Shown piece by piece: positions 56,018 to 64,000 of a stretch of DNA of 64,000 bases. The DNA comes from Clostridia bacterium (GTDB lineage Bacteria; Bacillota; Clostridia; Christensenellales; Pumilibacteraceae): NCBI GenBank assembly GCA_022791915.1, contig JAAWAB010000020.1, positions 4,391-68,390 on the forward strand, read 5' to 3'. Within the stretch, counting starts at the first letter, position 1. Each line of letters starts with the position of its first letter. Made by a program: the position numbers and the translations under genes. Below the pieces are notes generated by a model. The model made no database searches. It worked only from the letters and a program-made list of their open reading frames with translations, and was not told the origin of the DNA.

Positions 56018-57448
56018 ATGTCACACGCGAGAACATCGGAAAAAGATATGACGGCGCAGTTGGACAAGGGCAGAATTCTGCCGTTGGTATTTAAGCTTAC
56101 CGTTCCCGCCGTTATCGCGCAACTGATTACGTTTTTGTATAATATCGTAGACAGAATGTTCGTAGCCAAAATCGACGGGTCGGGTATGGACGCATTGGCG
56201 GCGCTCGGCGTCGTATTGCCGATTACGCTCATCATGCAAGCGTTTGCCAATTTGATCGGAATGGGCGGCGCGCCGCGTGCAAGCATTAAGCTGGGCGAAG
56301 ACGACAGGCGGGAAGCCAATAAAATTTTCAACACGTCGTTCGCGCTTTTGATGTCGGTGGGAATATTGCTTTCCGTATCGGTGTTTTTTCTGTCCGAGCA
56401 AATCGTGGTGCTGTTCGGTTGTCCGCCGAGCGCTACGGCTTTTGCTACGTCTTATCTGAAAATTTATTCGCTCGGCACGTTGTTTGTAATGGCGGCGCAA
56501 GGACTGAATCCGTTTATTACCGCGCAGGGATATTCTTTGATTGCCATGTCTGCCGTTTTAATCGGCGCGCTTTCCAATATTGCGCTCGACCCGCTGTTCA
56601 TCTTTGTTTTCGATATGGGCGTGTCGGGTGCGAGCCTTGCCACTGTTCTTTCGCAGTCTTTATCGTGTCTGTGCAGTGTTGTGTTTTTCTTTTCCCGCAA
56701 AAGCCTTTTCAAGTTGCGCGTGGGAGATATGAAACCGAACGGAAAAAGAATTTTTGCCATATTGTCGTTGGGCATAACGCCGTTTATCATGACGCTTACG
56801 GAATGCGCCGTGCAGATTGTTTTTAATGTGAATCTCAACATGTCTACGGGCGGCAATAAAGATTATACGGCGGCGCTCACCATTATGATAAGCGCATTGC
56901 AACTGATTTCGTTGCCGCTTAACGGATTAGGCTACGGCATGCAACCGTTCGTCAGTTTCAATTACGGAAGGGGAAACGCAGACAGGCTGAAAAAGGGTGT
57001 GCGATACGTGACGGTAATCGCATTCATTTTTGCGGCGATGATATGGTCGGTTTCGCTTGCCGTTCCGCAGGTGTATGCTTACCTGTTTTCGGCGAGCGAA
57101 AGCGTGACGGGAATCGTGAAAGCATATTCTCCGCTTTTTCTCATGGGGTCGATTATGTTTTTCGTGCAGATGACCTTACAGAATATCAACGTGGCGCTTG
57201 GGCAAGCGAAATCCGCACTCATTCTTGCGGTGGTGCGGAAGGTGATTATTCTGATTCCGTTATGCTTTGTTCTCACGCATTGTATCGGTTATAAGGGCGT
57301 GTATATGTCCGAAGGCATTGCGGACTTTGCCGCAGGTATTATTACAACCGTTGTCATTTTTATCACGTTCCCCCGAATTTTCAAAAAGCGGGAAGAGATG
57401 GTAAAGGCGCAGAATCTTCGGGAGAATCTTTCCGACGGCAAAGAATAG
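56018..57448 (+). CDS. MATE-family efflux transporter
   Basis: LVFKLTVPAVIAQLITFLYNIVDRMFVAKIDGSGMDALAALGVVLPI and 12 TM helices. Start is uncertain (56012 TTG, 56018 ATG or 56048 ATG). Confidence 0.8.
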   Translation: MSHARTSEKDMTAQLDKGRILPLVFKLTVPAVIAQLITFLYNIVDRMFVAKIDGSGMDALAALGVVLPITLIMQAFANLIGMGGAPRASIKLGEDDRREANKIFNTSFALLMSVGILLSVSVFFLSEQIVVLFGCPPSATAFATSYLKIYSLGTLFVMAAQGLNPFITAQGYSLIAMSAVLIGALSNIALDPLFIFVFDMGVSGASLATVLSQSLSCLCSVVFFFSRKSLFKLRVGDMKPNGKRIFAILSLGITPFIMTLTECAVQIVFNVNLNMSTGGNKDYTAALTIMISALQLISLPLNGLGYGMQPFVSFNYGRGNADRLKKGVRYVTVIAFIFAAMIWSVSLAVPQVYAYLFSASESVTGIVKAYSPLFLMGSIMFFVQMTLQNINVALGQAKSALILAVVRKVIILIPLCFVLTHCIGYKGVYMSEGIADFAAGIITTVVIFITFPRIFKKREEMVKAQNLRENLSDGKE

Positions 57449-57459
57449 GCATACTGTTT

Positions 57460-58305
57460 CTATTTGCGGCGCCGTGCAAGCATTTTTTTGTATTCTGCGG
57501 GGGAATACAAGCGGTATTTTTTGAAAACTTTTCCAAAATAGAGCGGGTCGGAAAATCCCACCATGTGTCCCACCGACTTAATATAGAGATTAGACGTTTC
57601 TATGAGTTCGGTGGCTTTTTTTATGCGTTCATAGTTTACGTATTCCTTGAATGACACGTTCAGATTTTTTTTGAACAAAACGGAAAAATAAGCGGGGCTG
57701 ACGTAGAAACGCTGCGCTATGCTCTGTGCCGACAGTTCTTTATCGTATAGGTGTAAAGAGATATATTCGAAAATCTGGTCGAACAGAATTTTCTTTTTTT
57801 CGTCGTATATTTCGGTGTGTTGCTCGGCTTGCGCAATGCACCCGAATACGCTGTATAAGTCGCCCAATACGGTATACGTGTTTCCGAATATGTCGCCCCG
57901 CGCCCGCAATGCCTGTATGAAATATTTTTTTGCTTCGGGTAACGGTTTAGACACATAATATTTTCGGTTGGTAATGCCCAGCCGTTGCAGTATGTTTTTT
58001 GCCTGTAATCCGTTGAAATTAATCCAATAGTATTCCCAAGGATTATCGGAATCCACATGATACACAATAGGGGTGTCCGGGTGCAAAATAAACACTTCGT
58101 TTCGTCCGAATATGTGCGTCTGTCCGCCGATTTCTATGCTTCCCTTGCCCTTAATTACAAAGTGCAATAAGTAGTAGGGGTAGTTGTTGTGTATGTCGGG
58201 CGCGTCTTTTGCAAATATTTGATGCCCTACGTCTACCGGAAAGATATCGGTGGTGACTGTGTTGTTTATGTGGTAATATTCATAATCCGGATATTGTATT
58301 TCCAT
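57460..58305 (-). CDS. AraC-family transcriptional regulator (cupin sensor plus double HTH)
   Basis: N-terminal cupin (YYLLHFVIKGKGSIEIGGQTHIFGRNEVFILHPD). C-terminal HTH (LSAQSIAQRFYVSPAYFSVLFKK...IKSVGHMVGFSDPLYFGKVFKKY). Confidence 0.85.
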   Translation of the reverse strand: MEIQYPDYEYYHINNTVTTDIFPVDVGHQIFAKDAPDIHNNYPYYLLHFVIKGKGSIEIGGQTHIFGRNEVFILHPDTPIVYHVDSDNPWEYYWINFNGLQAKNILQRLGITNRKYYVSKPLPEAKKYFIQALRARGDIFGNTYTVLGDLYSVFGCIAQAEQHTEIYDEKKKILFDQIFEYISLHLYDKELSAQSIAQRFYVSPAYFSVLFKKNLNVSFKEYVNYERIKKATELIETSNLYIKSVGHMVGFSDPLYFGKVFKKYRLYSPAEYKKMLARRRK

Positions 58306-58311
58306 GTAGTT

Positions 58312-58341
58312 ATCTTATCATAAGTTGCCCATAGATGTCAA
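58312..58341 (-). promoter_or_regulatory. promoter of the AraC gene giving a leaderless mRNA
   Basis: On the minus strand: TTGACA (58341-58336), 18 nt, TGaTAAGAT (-10 hexamer at 58317-58312). Only 6 nt separate the -10 from ATG 58305, and there is no SD sequence. Confidence 0.4.
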
Positions 58342-58383
58342 TACATAGTTAAAAAAATTCCATATTATCAATAAATTCGTCCA

Positions 58384-58412
58384 TTGACATTTGAAAAGTC
58401 GTGTGGTATAGT
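58384..58412 (+). promoter_or_regulatory. sigma-70-type promoter (extended -10) of the oxidoreductase operon
   Basis: TTGACA (58384-58389), 17-nt spacer, TGgTATAGT (-10 hexamer at 58407-58412). Confidence 0.55.
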
Positions 58413-58454
58413 TAATGTATACGAAAACCAAACAAACGAGCGTAGGAGAAAATA

Positions 58455-59750
58455 ATGATGCGGACAATTCCGATTGTTGTGGTAGGTTGCGGAGATCGTG
58501 CCACCGTGTATTGCGAAGAGGGCGTCCACAACTTAAAAACAATGCAAATTGCCGCAGCGGTCGACCCCGATACCGAGCGACTCAAATATATGCGCGAGCA
58601 TTTCGGCGTGCCGCAGGAAAAATGTTTCACCGATATCGAAGACGTCTTGCGCCAAGGTAAGATTGCCGATTGCGTCATAAACGGAACGATGGACAGCCTG
58701 CATTTGCGCACCACATTGCCCTTTTTACAGCAGGGGTACGATATGTTGCTCGAAAAGCCCGTTGTGAATAATGCCGTCGATTTATTTACCATCAAGCGGA
58801 CGGCGCAAGAGAACGGTTGCAAGCTGATGATTTGCCACGTGTTGCGATACGCGCCGTTTTACCGCAAAATCAAAGAGCTTATTCTTTCGGGCGAGTTGGG
58901 CGAAATCGTACATATCGATACCAGCGAGCGCGTAGGCGTTTTTCATTCGTCCGTATCGTATGTGCGCGGAAAATGGAACAGCGAACGCGAATGCGGGTCG
59001 TCGTTGTTGCTTGCCAAATGTTGCCACGATATCGATTTGTTATGCTGGCTGAATAACGATACCGTGCCCGCGGAAGTTTTCAGTATAGGCGGACGAAATT
59101 TTCTTGTGCCCCAAAAGGCGCCCGAAGGCGCGGGAACGCGTTGTTTGGTGGATTGTCCTGCCGAAGTGCGGGAACGGTGCATTTTCGACGTGCAATCCAT
59201 GTATCTCGATAATTGTATGTTGCCTTGGTATCCTTGGCAATGTACGGGCAAGAATTGGCAAGACGTCACCCACGAAGAGAAAGTGCAGTCGCTCAAAACA
59301 TATAATCCGCACGGCGTGTGCGCTTATAAGGCGGGCGGCGATTTGGTAGACCACCAACAAGTATCCATCACGTTTGCCAACGGCTCCACGGCGGGGCATA
59401 CCTTGCTACTCTCTTGCATGAAAGCGGGGCGTCGCATTTGGATTACGGGTACGCGCGGGGAACTGGAAGGCAATGTAGACGACGGGACGTTTTCGCTACG
59501 CAAGTATGATAAAAAGACGTCTACGTATACCGAAAAGATTTTCGATTTTATCGATACGCAAGGCGAAACGGGTGGACATTTCGGCGGCGATCGCGGGTTG
59601 GTGCAAGATTTCTGTGCCGTTATTCAAGGACGAACGCCATCCGTTTCGTGTACGAGTATAGAAGATTCCGTGAACGGACATTTAACGGTGTTTGCTGCCG
59701 ACGCGGCGCGTAAAGTCAATCGACCTGTGAGATTGGAGGGAAAAGAATGA
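58455..59750 (+). CDS. Gfo/Idh/MocA-family oxidoreductase
   Basis: IPIVVVGCGDRATVY Rossmann N-terminus, the LLEKPV motif, and a Cys-rich C-terminal domain (KCCHDIDLLCW, CLVDCPAEVRERC). Confidence 0.8.
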   Translation: MMRTIPIVVVGCGDRATVYCEEGVHNLKTMQIAAAVDPDTERLKYMREHFGVPQEKCFTDIEDVLRQGKIADCVINGTMDSLHLRTTLPFLQQGYDMLLEKPVVNNAVDLFTIKRTAQENGCKLMICHVLRYAPFYRKIKELILSGELGEIVHIDTSERVGVFHSSVSYVRGKWNSERECGSSLLLAKCCHDIDLLCWLNNDTVPAEVFSIGGRNFLVPQKAPEGAGTRCLVDCPAEVRERCIFDVQSMYLDNCMLPWYPWQCTGKNWQDVTHEEKVQSLKTYNPHGVCAYKAGGDLVDHQQVSITFANGSTAGHTLLLSCMKAGRRIWITGTRGELEGNVDDGTFSLRKYDKKTSTYTEKIFDFIDTQGETGGHFGGDRGLVQDFCAVIQGRTPSVSCTSIEDSVNGHLTVFAADAARKVNRPVRLEGKE

Positions 59751-61606
59751 GAAAAAAATCGGGAATAATCGGAATAGCGGTGTTGCTGGTTTGTTTTGCA
59801 TTTGTTGCGGGTACGGTTGCGTTTGCCCAAAGCGATACGCCTACGCAAACGAAAGCGATAACCGTTACGGGGGTAAGTGCTTGGCAATACGAAAACAATG
59901 TTTCGTATTATGCCGAAATCACGGTAGCAGAAGATGCGTTCAGTGAAAACGGCGCCGCTATGGGATATCATATTGCCGAAGAAAGCGGGGCGTATCGTTA
60001 TATTCAAGATTACGTTTCCATTCGGCTGGATAATGAAGAGTGGCGTACGGTAAAAGAAATTTCCGCCGATGCGTCGAAATACACGTATCCGGACGAAGGA
60101 ACGCCTTTTTGGCATATTAAAGAACCCGTCGTCATATTCGGACAAGATACCAAAATTTTGCGGTTGTATTTTCACAAAGATTTCGTGGGAATCGCGAAAA
60201 CGGTGGGCGTTCGGTTGGAAAAAGGCTTGTATGTGCATGTGAACAATATACGCTACGAACTGCCCGAAACGATAGAGTGCGAACATACGGAAAGCGGTTG
60301 GAAGATTCGGTACGACACGCGTAGCGAACCGCTGGGGCTTTCGGCGGTGACGGGTTGGGCGAGCAGAAACAACGAATGGAACGAATGCGACGTGTATTTT
60401 TCGCGTAAAGTCTTTCTGAAAACAAGCGGAAAACCGTTGGAATACGATATCATGGATAAATCCGCCTGTTTCTATTTGCAGGATTTGATTTTCGTCAACG
60501 GAAAAAGCATGCGGGAAATCAACCAAACCACCGATATAGAGGGTTGGTCGTTTACGGGGTTTCCGCACGAACTCGATACGAAGTACGACGGCGTGCACTA
60601 TGCATACCGCACTCCCGTATTCATTTTTTCCAAAGCGGGTAATCACATGCAAATCCGCATACACGTTAACTATCTCGAAACGTTAACCGAGCAAGTAAAA
60701 ATAACGTTTAAGGCGGGCAAATACGCCACGGTAATACAAAAAAAAGAGAGTGGCGGCATGGAAGCGGTGGAATATTCGTTTGCGGAAGATTTTAGCGTAA
60801 CCAAGAACGACGGCAACGAGTGGATTCCGTCGGGTGATTGGACGCCGTATTCGGAACCCGAAGAAATAATCGACCGCAAAGACATCGATTTCGATTCCAT
60901 TGCATACGACACGTTGCGCGTCCGTTCCGTATCGCCTATTGCCGAATACGGCAACAACATTCTGCATAAAGGGCTCAAAGTAAAAAATCAGTATATAACG
61001 GTGTATTTCGATAAACCGGTGTGCAATCAGTATATTCCGTATGCCTCTTACGGCAAGAGTTTTTTGGAAAGTCAAATGAGTGCGTTTTCTTTAACGCAGG
61101 CGCAAGTGGATTCGTTGTACGATTATCGTATCGATGAATCGCTTAATCATCATATTAAAATCGACGGACTTACTGTTGCCGAAATGAAAGCGCGCGAGAT
61201 GATTAACGGCGAATCGGCAGTGCGTATAGACTATGCGGGAACTTCCGGTTCTACGTACAGCATAACCGTATATCTTGCCGCCGAATCGCTTTCCTGGCTG
61301 GCACCGTATACGTCGCATACGTTTGAAATTACGGCGGGATTTCGCACGCCGTTGTTCGGCGAAGTAAAACACGACGCCGTATTTTATTACGACCCTGTTA
61401 CGCGCACCTGGTCGGAAACCGATTACGAGGCAAATTCCGAATGGGGAAATCCGCAATCGCCCGCAATCCATCCGACCGTAAAAGGGTGTGGCGGTATAGT
61501 AATAGGACTTGCGGTGGGTATTTCCGTTGCCGTAGTGGTGCTTGCCGCAGGCGTTGCGGTGTTTGTTTGGTATCGTAACAAGAAGGGAAAAGGGGCGACA
61601 GAATGA
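59747..61606 (+). CDS. secreted protein with a C-terminal TM anchor and three apparent internal repeats, unknown function
   Basis: Signal peptide IIGIAVLLVCFAFVAGTVAFA. C-terminal TM GIVIGLAVGISVAVVVLAAGVAVFVW followed by YRNKKGKG. Three modules of about 170-190 aa begin VTGVSAWQYENN, VTGWASRNNEWN and VRSVSPIAEYGNN. Confidence 0.6.
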   Translation: MRKKSGIIGIAVLLVCFAFVAGTVAFAQSDTPTQTKAITVTGVSAWQYENNVSYYAEITVAEDAFSENGAAMGYHIAEESGAYRYIQDYVSIRLDNEEWRTVKEISADASKYTYPDEGTPFWHIKEPVVIFGQDTKILRLYFHKDFVGIAKTVGVRLEKGLYVHVNNIRYELPETIECEHTESGWKIRYDTRSEPLGLSAVTGWASRNNEWNECDVYFSRKVFLKTSGKPLEYDIMDKSACFYLQDLIFVNGKSMREINQTTDIEGWSFTGFPHELDTKYDGVHYAYRTPVFIFSKAGNHMQIRIHVNYLETLTEQVKITFKAGKYATVIQKKESGGMEAVEYSFAEDFSVTKNDGNEWIPSGDWTPYSEPEEIIDRKDIDFDSIAYDTLRVRSVSPIAEYGNNILHKGLKVKNQYITVYFDKPVCNQYIPYASYGKSFLESQMSAFSLTQAQVDSLYDYRIDESLNHHIKIDGLTVAEMKAREMINGESAVRIDYAGTSGSTYSITVYLAAESLSWLAPYTSHTFEITAGFRTPLFGEVKHDAVFYYDPVTRTWSETDYEANSEWGNPQSPAIHPTVKGCGGIVIGLAVGISVAVVVLAAGVAVFVWYRNKKGKGATE

Positions 61607-64000
61607 AAAAGTTCTTTTTAAGAGTAGTATCGGTAGCAATTGCGCTTTTGTGTGTATGCGGGTTTTGCGGGTGCAACGATGGCGGTATCAGCGATATCGG
61701 ATATGTTCCGCCCAAAGCAACGGATGCGGACGCACTGCATTTTTCTGCGTCCGACACGGCGTTCGCCGACTTTCTGAACGATTTTGCACATCGTCATCTC
61801 CGCTATGACGATTATTCGGTGGCGGATTTGTCGGGACTTGGTTTTGCATTGGGCTCGGGGTCGGGTTTTGCTAAAAACTGGGAAACCATGGGACTTGTGT
61901 GGCACAACAGTGTGGGAACAACGTTGGGTAGCGATAAGCAACAGGCGCTTAAAGAATTTTTGCGCAGTATCACGCAAGACGATTTGGGTATGGTATATAA
62001 CTCGCACAATATCTTTTTGCCGCACAACGTGAATCTTGCCGCATACACGGCTACCGGCTTTACCATGCCGCAAGGCTGGCCCATTCCGAATATCTATTTC
62101 AGTAACGGAAAGTCGCAGGCATTCGAGTTTAATACCGACCAGGAAATGTCGTATTGGAAAATTTCGGGCGGCGGCACATTGAAAAAAGACCCAAGTCGCG
62201 GGTATGCGTTGTTCACGTATGAAGGAGCGCGGAACGAGCCGCTTCGTATCACGCGGGAAACGGGTGTACGTATCGACACGAAACACGCGCCTATGCTCGA
62301 CATCGAGTTGTGCTATAACGACCGCAACAACGCAATCGGTTCGGGCAGCGACGTGGCGGACGTTTCGATTATTTTCCGAACGGAAAAGGGCGGCGATACC
62401 TGGTACCGTTGCAAGCGCAGCAAATATGCGTCCGTAGTGTCGCCGTTAACGTATTCCTATGCCGAACGCGCCTATTATTCCATGTATCTCAATCCCGATT
62501 GGGACGGACAGACGGTTACGGCAATCGGCGTGGAAATCACGCCCAAAGAAGGGTGCGCGCTCAATCTGTCGGACGGGCGAATCAACTATATTCATCCCGA
62601 TTACGACACACGCCAGTCCAATCCCACGTATCAGTGGTTGCTGGCGTTCGGAAACTATGTATCGTACACCAACGATAACGCTTTTTTGGCGGAAATGATG
62701 CCCAAGGCGCGCAAAGCGATTCTCTTTCTTTCGCATGCATTGCGCGGCGAAGAAGGACTTTTGGATATCGGCTATTTTTACGGACATAACGGTATCGGCT
62801 ATACTTCGCACAACGGAGCACTCGTTCGCTCTGCGGCAGACGGTGTGGGAAACGGTTATTGGGATATCCTTTCTACGCCTGCGCTGAATTTGGAAGCAAA
62901 TATTTACTACTATCAGGCGTTGCTCACTATGGCTTCCATCGAGCAACGCGCAATCGATGCGGGTATCACGGCGGAAACCGTTACGGTAAAGAATCGGGCG
63001 GTGGGAGAAGAATGCGTGTCGTACGCCTATACGCCCGACAGTCTGCGTTCCTTGGCTGCGAAGGTAAAACAGAACGTCGAAAAAGACGTGAATCCCGTTC
63101 GGTTACAGGATGGAACCTATACCAATGCGGGCGGCTTTTATAATCCCGTAACGGCGCGATTTGTCAGCGGCGTGCGCCCCGATACGGGCGAAATTCTCGA
63201 TAACGGATACATCATGTGGAATCAAGAAGCGCTTGCGGCGGGCATAGGCACCGCGCGGCAACAAAAGCGCATTATGGAGTGGATTAACGGAGAACGCATT
63301 GTACAAGGCGACAATTCCACGGGCAAAGATATATACTTGTATGAATTCGGACCGCGTACTTCCACCAAACAGAACGCAATGAATTGGGCGGGTTTTTACG
63401 ACGGCACAACTGTGTGGAGCGAGTCGGTGCAGAACGGCGGCGCCATACTGTGCTGGTCGTATTACGATTTGATGAGTCGTTTGCAAATTTACGGTGCCGA
63501 CGATATGTTCAATCGGTTCTCCGCAATTTCGCGGTGGTATGCAAAAGTGCGCGACGCAGGCGGCGAAGGCGATCGTTTTTACAGCGAATACTACACCCAA
63601 CTCAATGCGTATCTCACACGCAAGATAACCGATAGCAATGCGGTGCCGTATGTGCAACTGCCCGACTATCTCCCCGAGAACCAGAATCCCGACGCATTTA
63701 TCATGCAGCAGAACACGGGCACCAACGGTGCAATCGGGTTGGACGCCGAGTTTTTGGAAAATATCGTGTTGATAACGGCAGTGCCGTACGGACTGTTCGG
63801 TATGGACGGTACGCAGTACAACACGTTGCGGTTTACCAATAATTTGCCGTCACAGCTTTCCTATTTGCAAATGGAAAATATGCTGTACGGCGGCACGTTC
63901 AAGTATACGGTGCGCATGGAAAAAGGCATGTTGCAAATCTCCGACGCACAAGGAAAAGTGCCCGAAGGCGCAATGCTTGCGTTATGCTTTAAGGAACCGA
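61603..64000 (+). CDS. large lipoprotein, (alpha/alpha)6 six-hairpin-glycosidase-like (3' end outside the window)
   Basis: I translated this ORF by hand and found no stop codon from ATG 61603 (which overlaps the upstream stop, ATGA) to 64000. It is absent from the supplied track. Lipobox LLCVCGFCGC. Motifs GNGYWDILSTPALNLEANIYYYQALLTMASIE and NGGAILCWSYYDLMSRL resemble six-hairpin GH catalytic domains. Confidence 0.6.
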   Translation, partial: MKKFFLRVVSVAIALLCVCGFCGCNDGGISDIGYVPPKATDADALHFSASDTAFADFLNDFAHRHLRYDDYSVADLSGLGFALGSGSGFAKNWETMGLVWHNSVGTTLGSDKQQALKEFLRSITQDDLGMVYNSHNIFLPHNVNLAAYTATGFTMPQGWPIPNIYFSNGKSQAFEFNTDQEMSYWKISGGGTLKKDPSRGYALFTYEGARNEPLRITRETGVRIDTKHAPMLDIELCYNDRNNAIGSGSDVADVSIIFRTEKGGDTWYRCKRSKYASVVSPLTYSYAERAYYSMYLNPDWDGQTVTAIGVEITPKEGCALNLSDGRINYIHPDYDTRQSNPTYQWLLAFGNYVSYTNDNAFLAEMMPKARKAILFLSHALRGEEGLLDIGYFYGHNGIGYTSHNGALVRSAADGVGNGYWDILSTPALNLEANIYYYQALLTMASIEQRAIDAGITAETVTVKNRAVGEECVSYAYTPDSLRSLAAKVKQNVEKDVNPVRLQDGTYTNAGGFYNPVTARFVSGVRPDTGEILDNGYIMWNQEALAAGIGTARQQKRIMEWINGERIVQGDNSTGKDIYLYEFGPRTSTKQNAMNWAGFYDGTTVWSESVQNGGAILCWSYYDLMSRLQIYGADDMFNRFSAISRWYAKVRDAGGEGDRFYSEYYTQLNAYLTRKITDSNAVPYVQLPDYLPENQNPDAFIMQQNTGTNGAIGLDAEFLENIVLITAVPYGLFGMDGTQYNTLRFTNNLPSQLSYLQMENMLYGGTFKYTVRMEKGMLQISDAQGKVPEGAMLALCFKEP

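Noticed and set aside
59624-60664. 346-aa minus-strand ORF overlapping the oxidoreductase and surface-protein genes
   Set aside because: It spans a sense-strand gene junction, shows Arg/Phe/His-rich antisense composition, and has no start context.
1-64000. Search for CRISPR arrays, tRNA or rRNA genes, transposases, integrases, prophage genes, toxin-antitoxin pairs or known defence systems
   Set aside because: I saw no direct-repeat/spacer arrays, no tRNA-like T-arm (GGTTCGAATCC-type) in intergenic DNA, and no recombinase or nuclease/ATPase defence-type ORFs. The only HTH-XRE gene (6387-6593) has no adjacent toxin-like partner.

Overview
This 64-kb window looks like a chromosomal segment from a Gram-positive, Clostridia-like (Bacillota) bacterium. 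Evidence: AGGAGG-type ribosome-binding sites, lipobox lipoproteins and an rpsF-ssb-rpsR operon. I support 62 protein-coding genes and see no rRNA, tRNA, CRISPR array, transposase or integrase.

Most of the window is housekeeping:
- NfeD-flotillin pair, NADP-isocitrate dehydrogenase, mscL
- rpsF-ssb-rpsR with a structured leader, an ABC-F ATPase, ung
- ilvD-leuC-leuD-leuB on the minus strand
- ACT/UPF0210 pair, pepF, typA, dnaB
- uracil permease plus upp, and two MATE transporters

One clearly accessory block lies at about 35.4-50.7 kb. It is visibly AT-rich and encodes a Wzx/Wzy-type glycan assembly locus. It has a phosphoglycosyl transferase, three glycosyltransferases and a complete WbpA/WbpB/WbpE/WbpD-like module for UDP-2,3-diacetamido-2,3-dideoxy-glucuronate. 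It also has an unexplained PLP-fold enzyme plus ATP-grasp ligase pair.

Most interesting observations:
1. An 87-aa stand-alone protein (19521-19784, minus strand) consists essentially of an NrdD-type glycyl-radical tail. It is driven by its own promoter, which carries two near-consensus NrdR boxes spaced 32 bp apart. This could be a spare-part protein for class III ribonucleotide reductase.
2. The PLP-fold plus ATP-grasp pair sits next to the diacetamido-uronate module and may amidate the uronate.
3. A SmtB/SmtA-like divergent pair: an ArsR-family regulator and a 74-aa Cys-motif protein, separated by a 12-2-12 inverted repeat.
4. An ABC-F ATPase in which one composite ATP site is degenerate on both of its halves.
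5. A 420-aa ferritin-like protein with di-iron motifs.
6. An AraC-controlled locus at the 3' end with a Gfo/Idh/MocA oxidoreductase, a membrane-anchored protein with three apparent repeats, and a large lipoprotein with a six-hairpin-glycosidase look. That last ORF (61603 to the window end) is missing from the supplied ORF track.

All functional calls come from motif recognition by eye. No database search was run.
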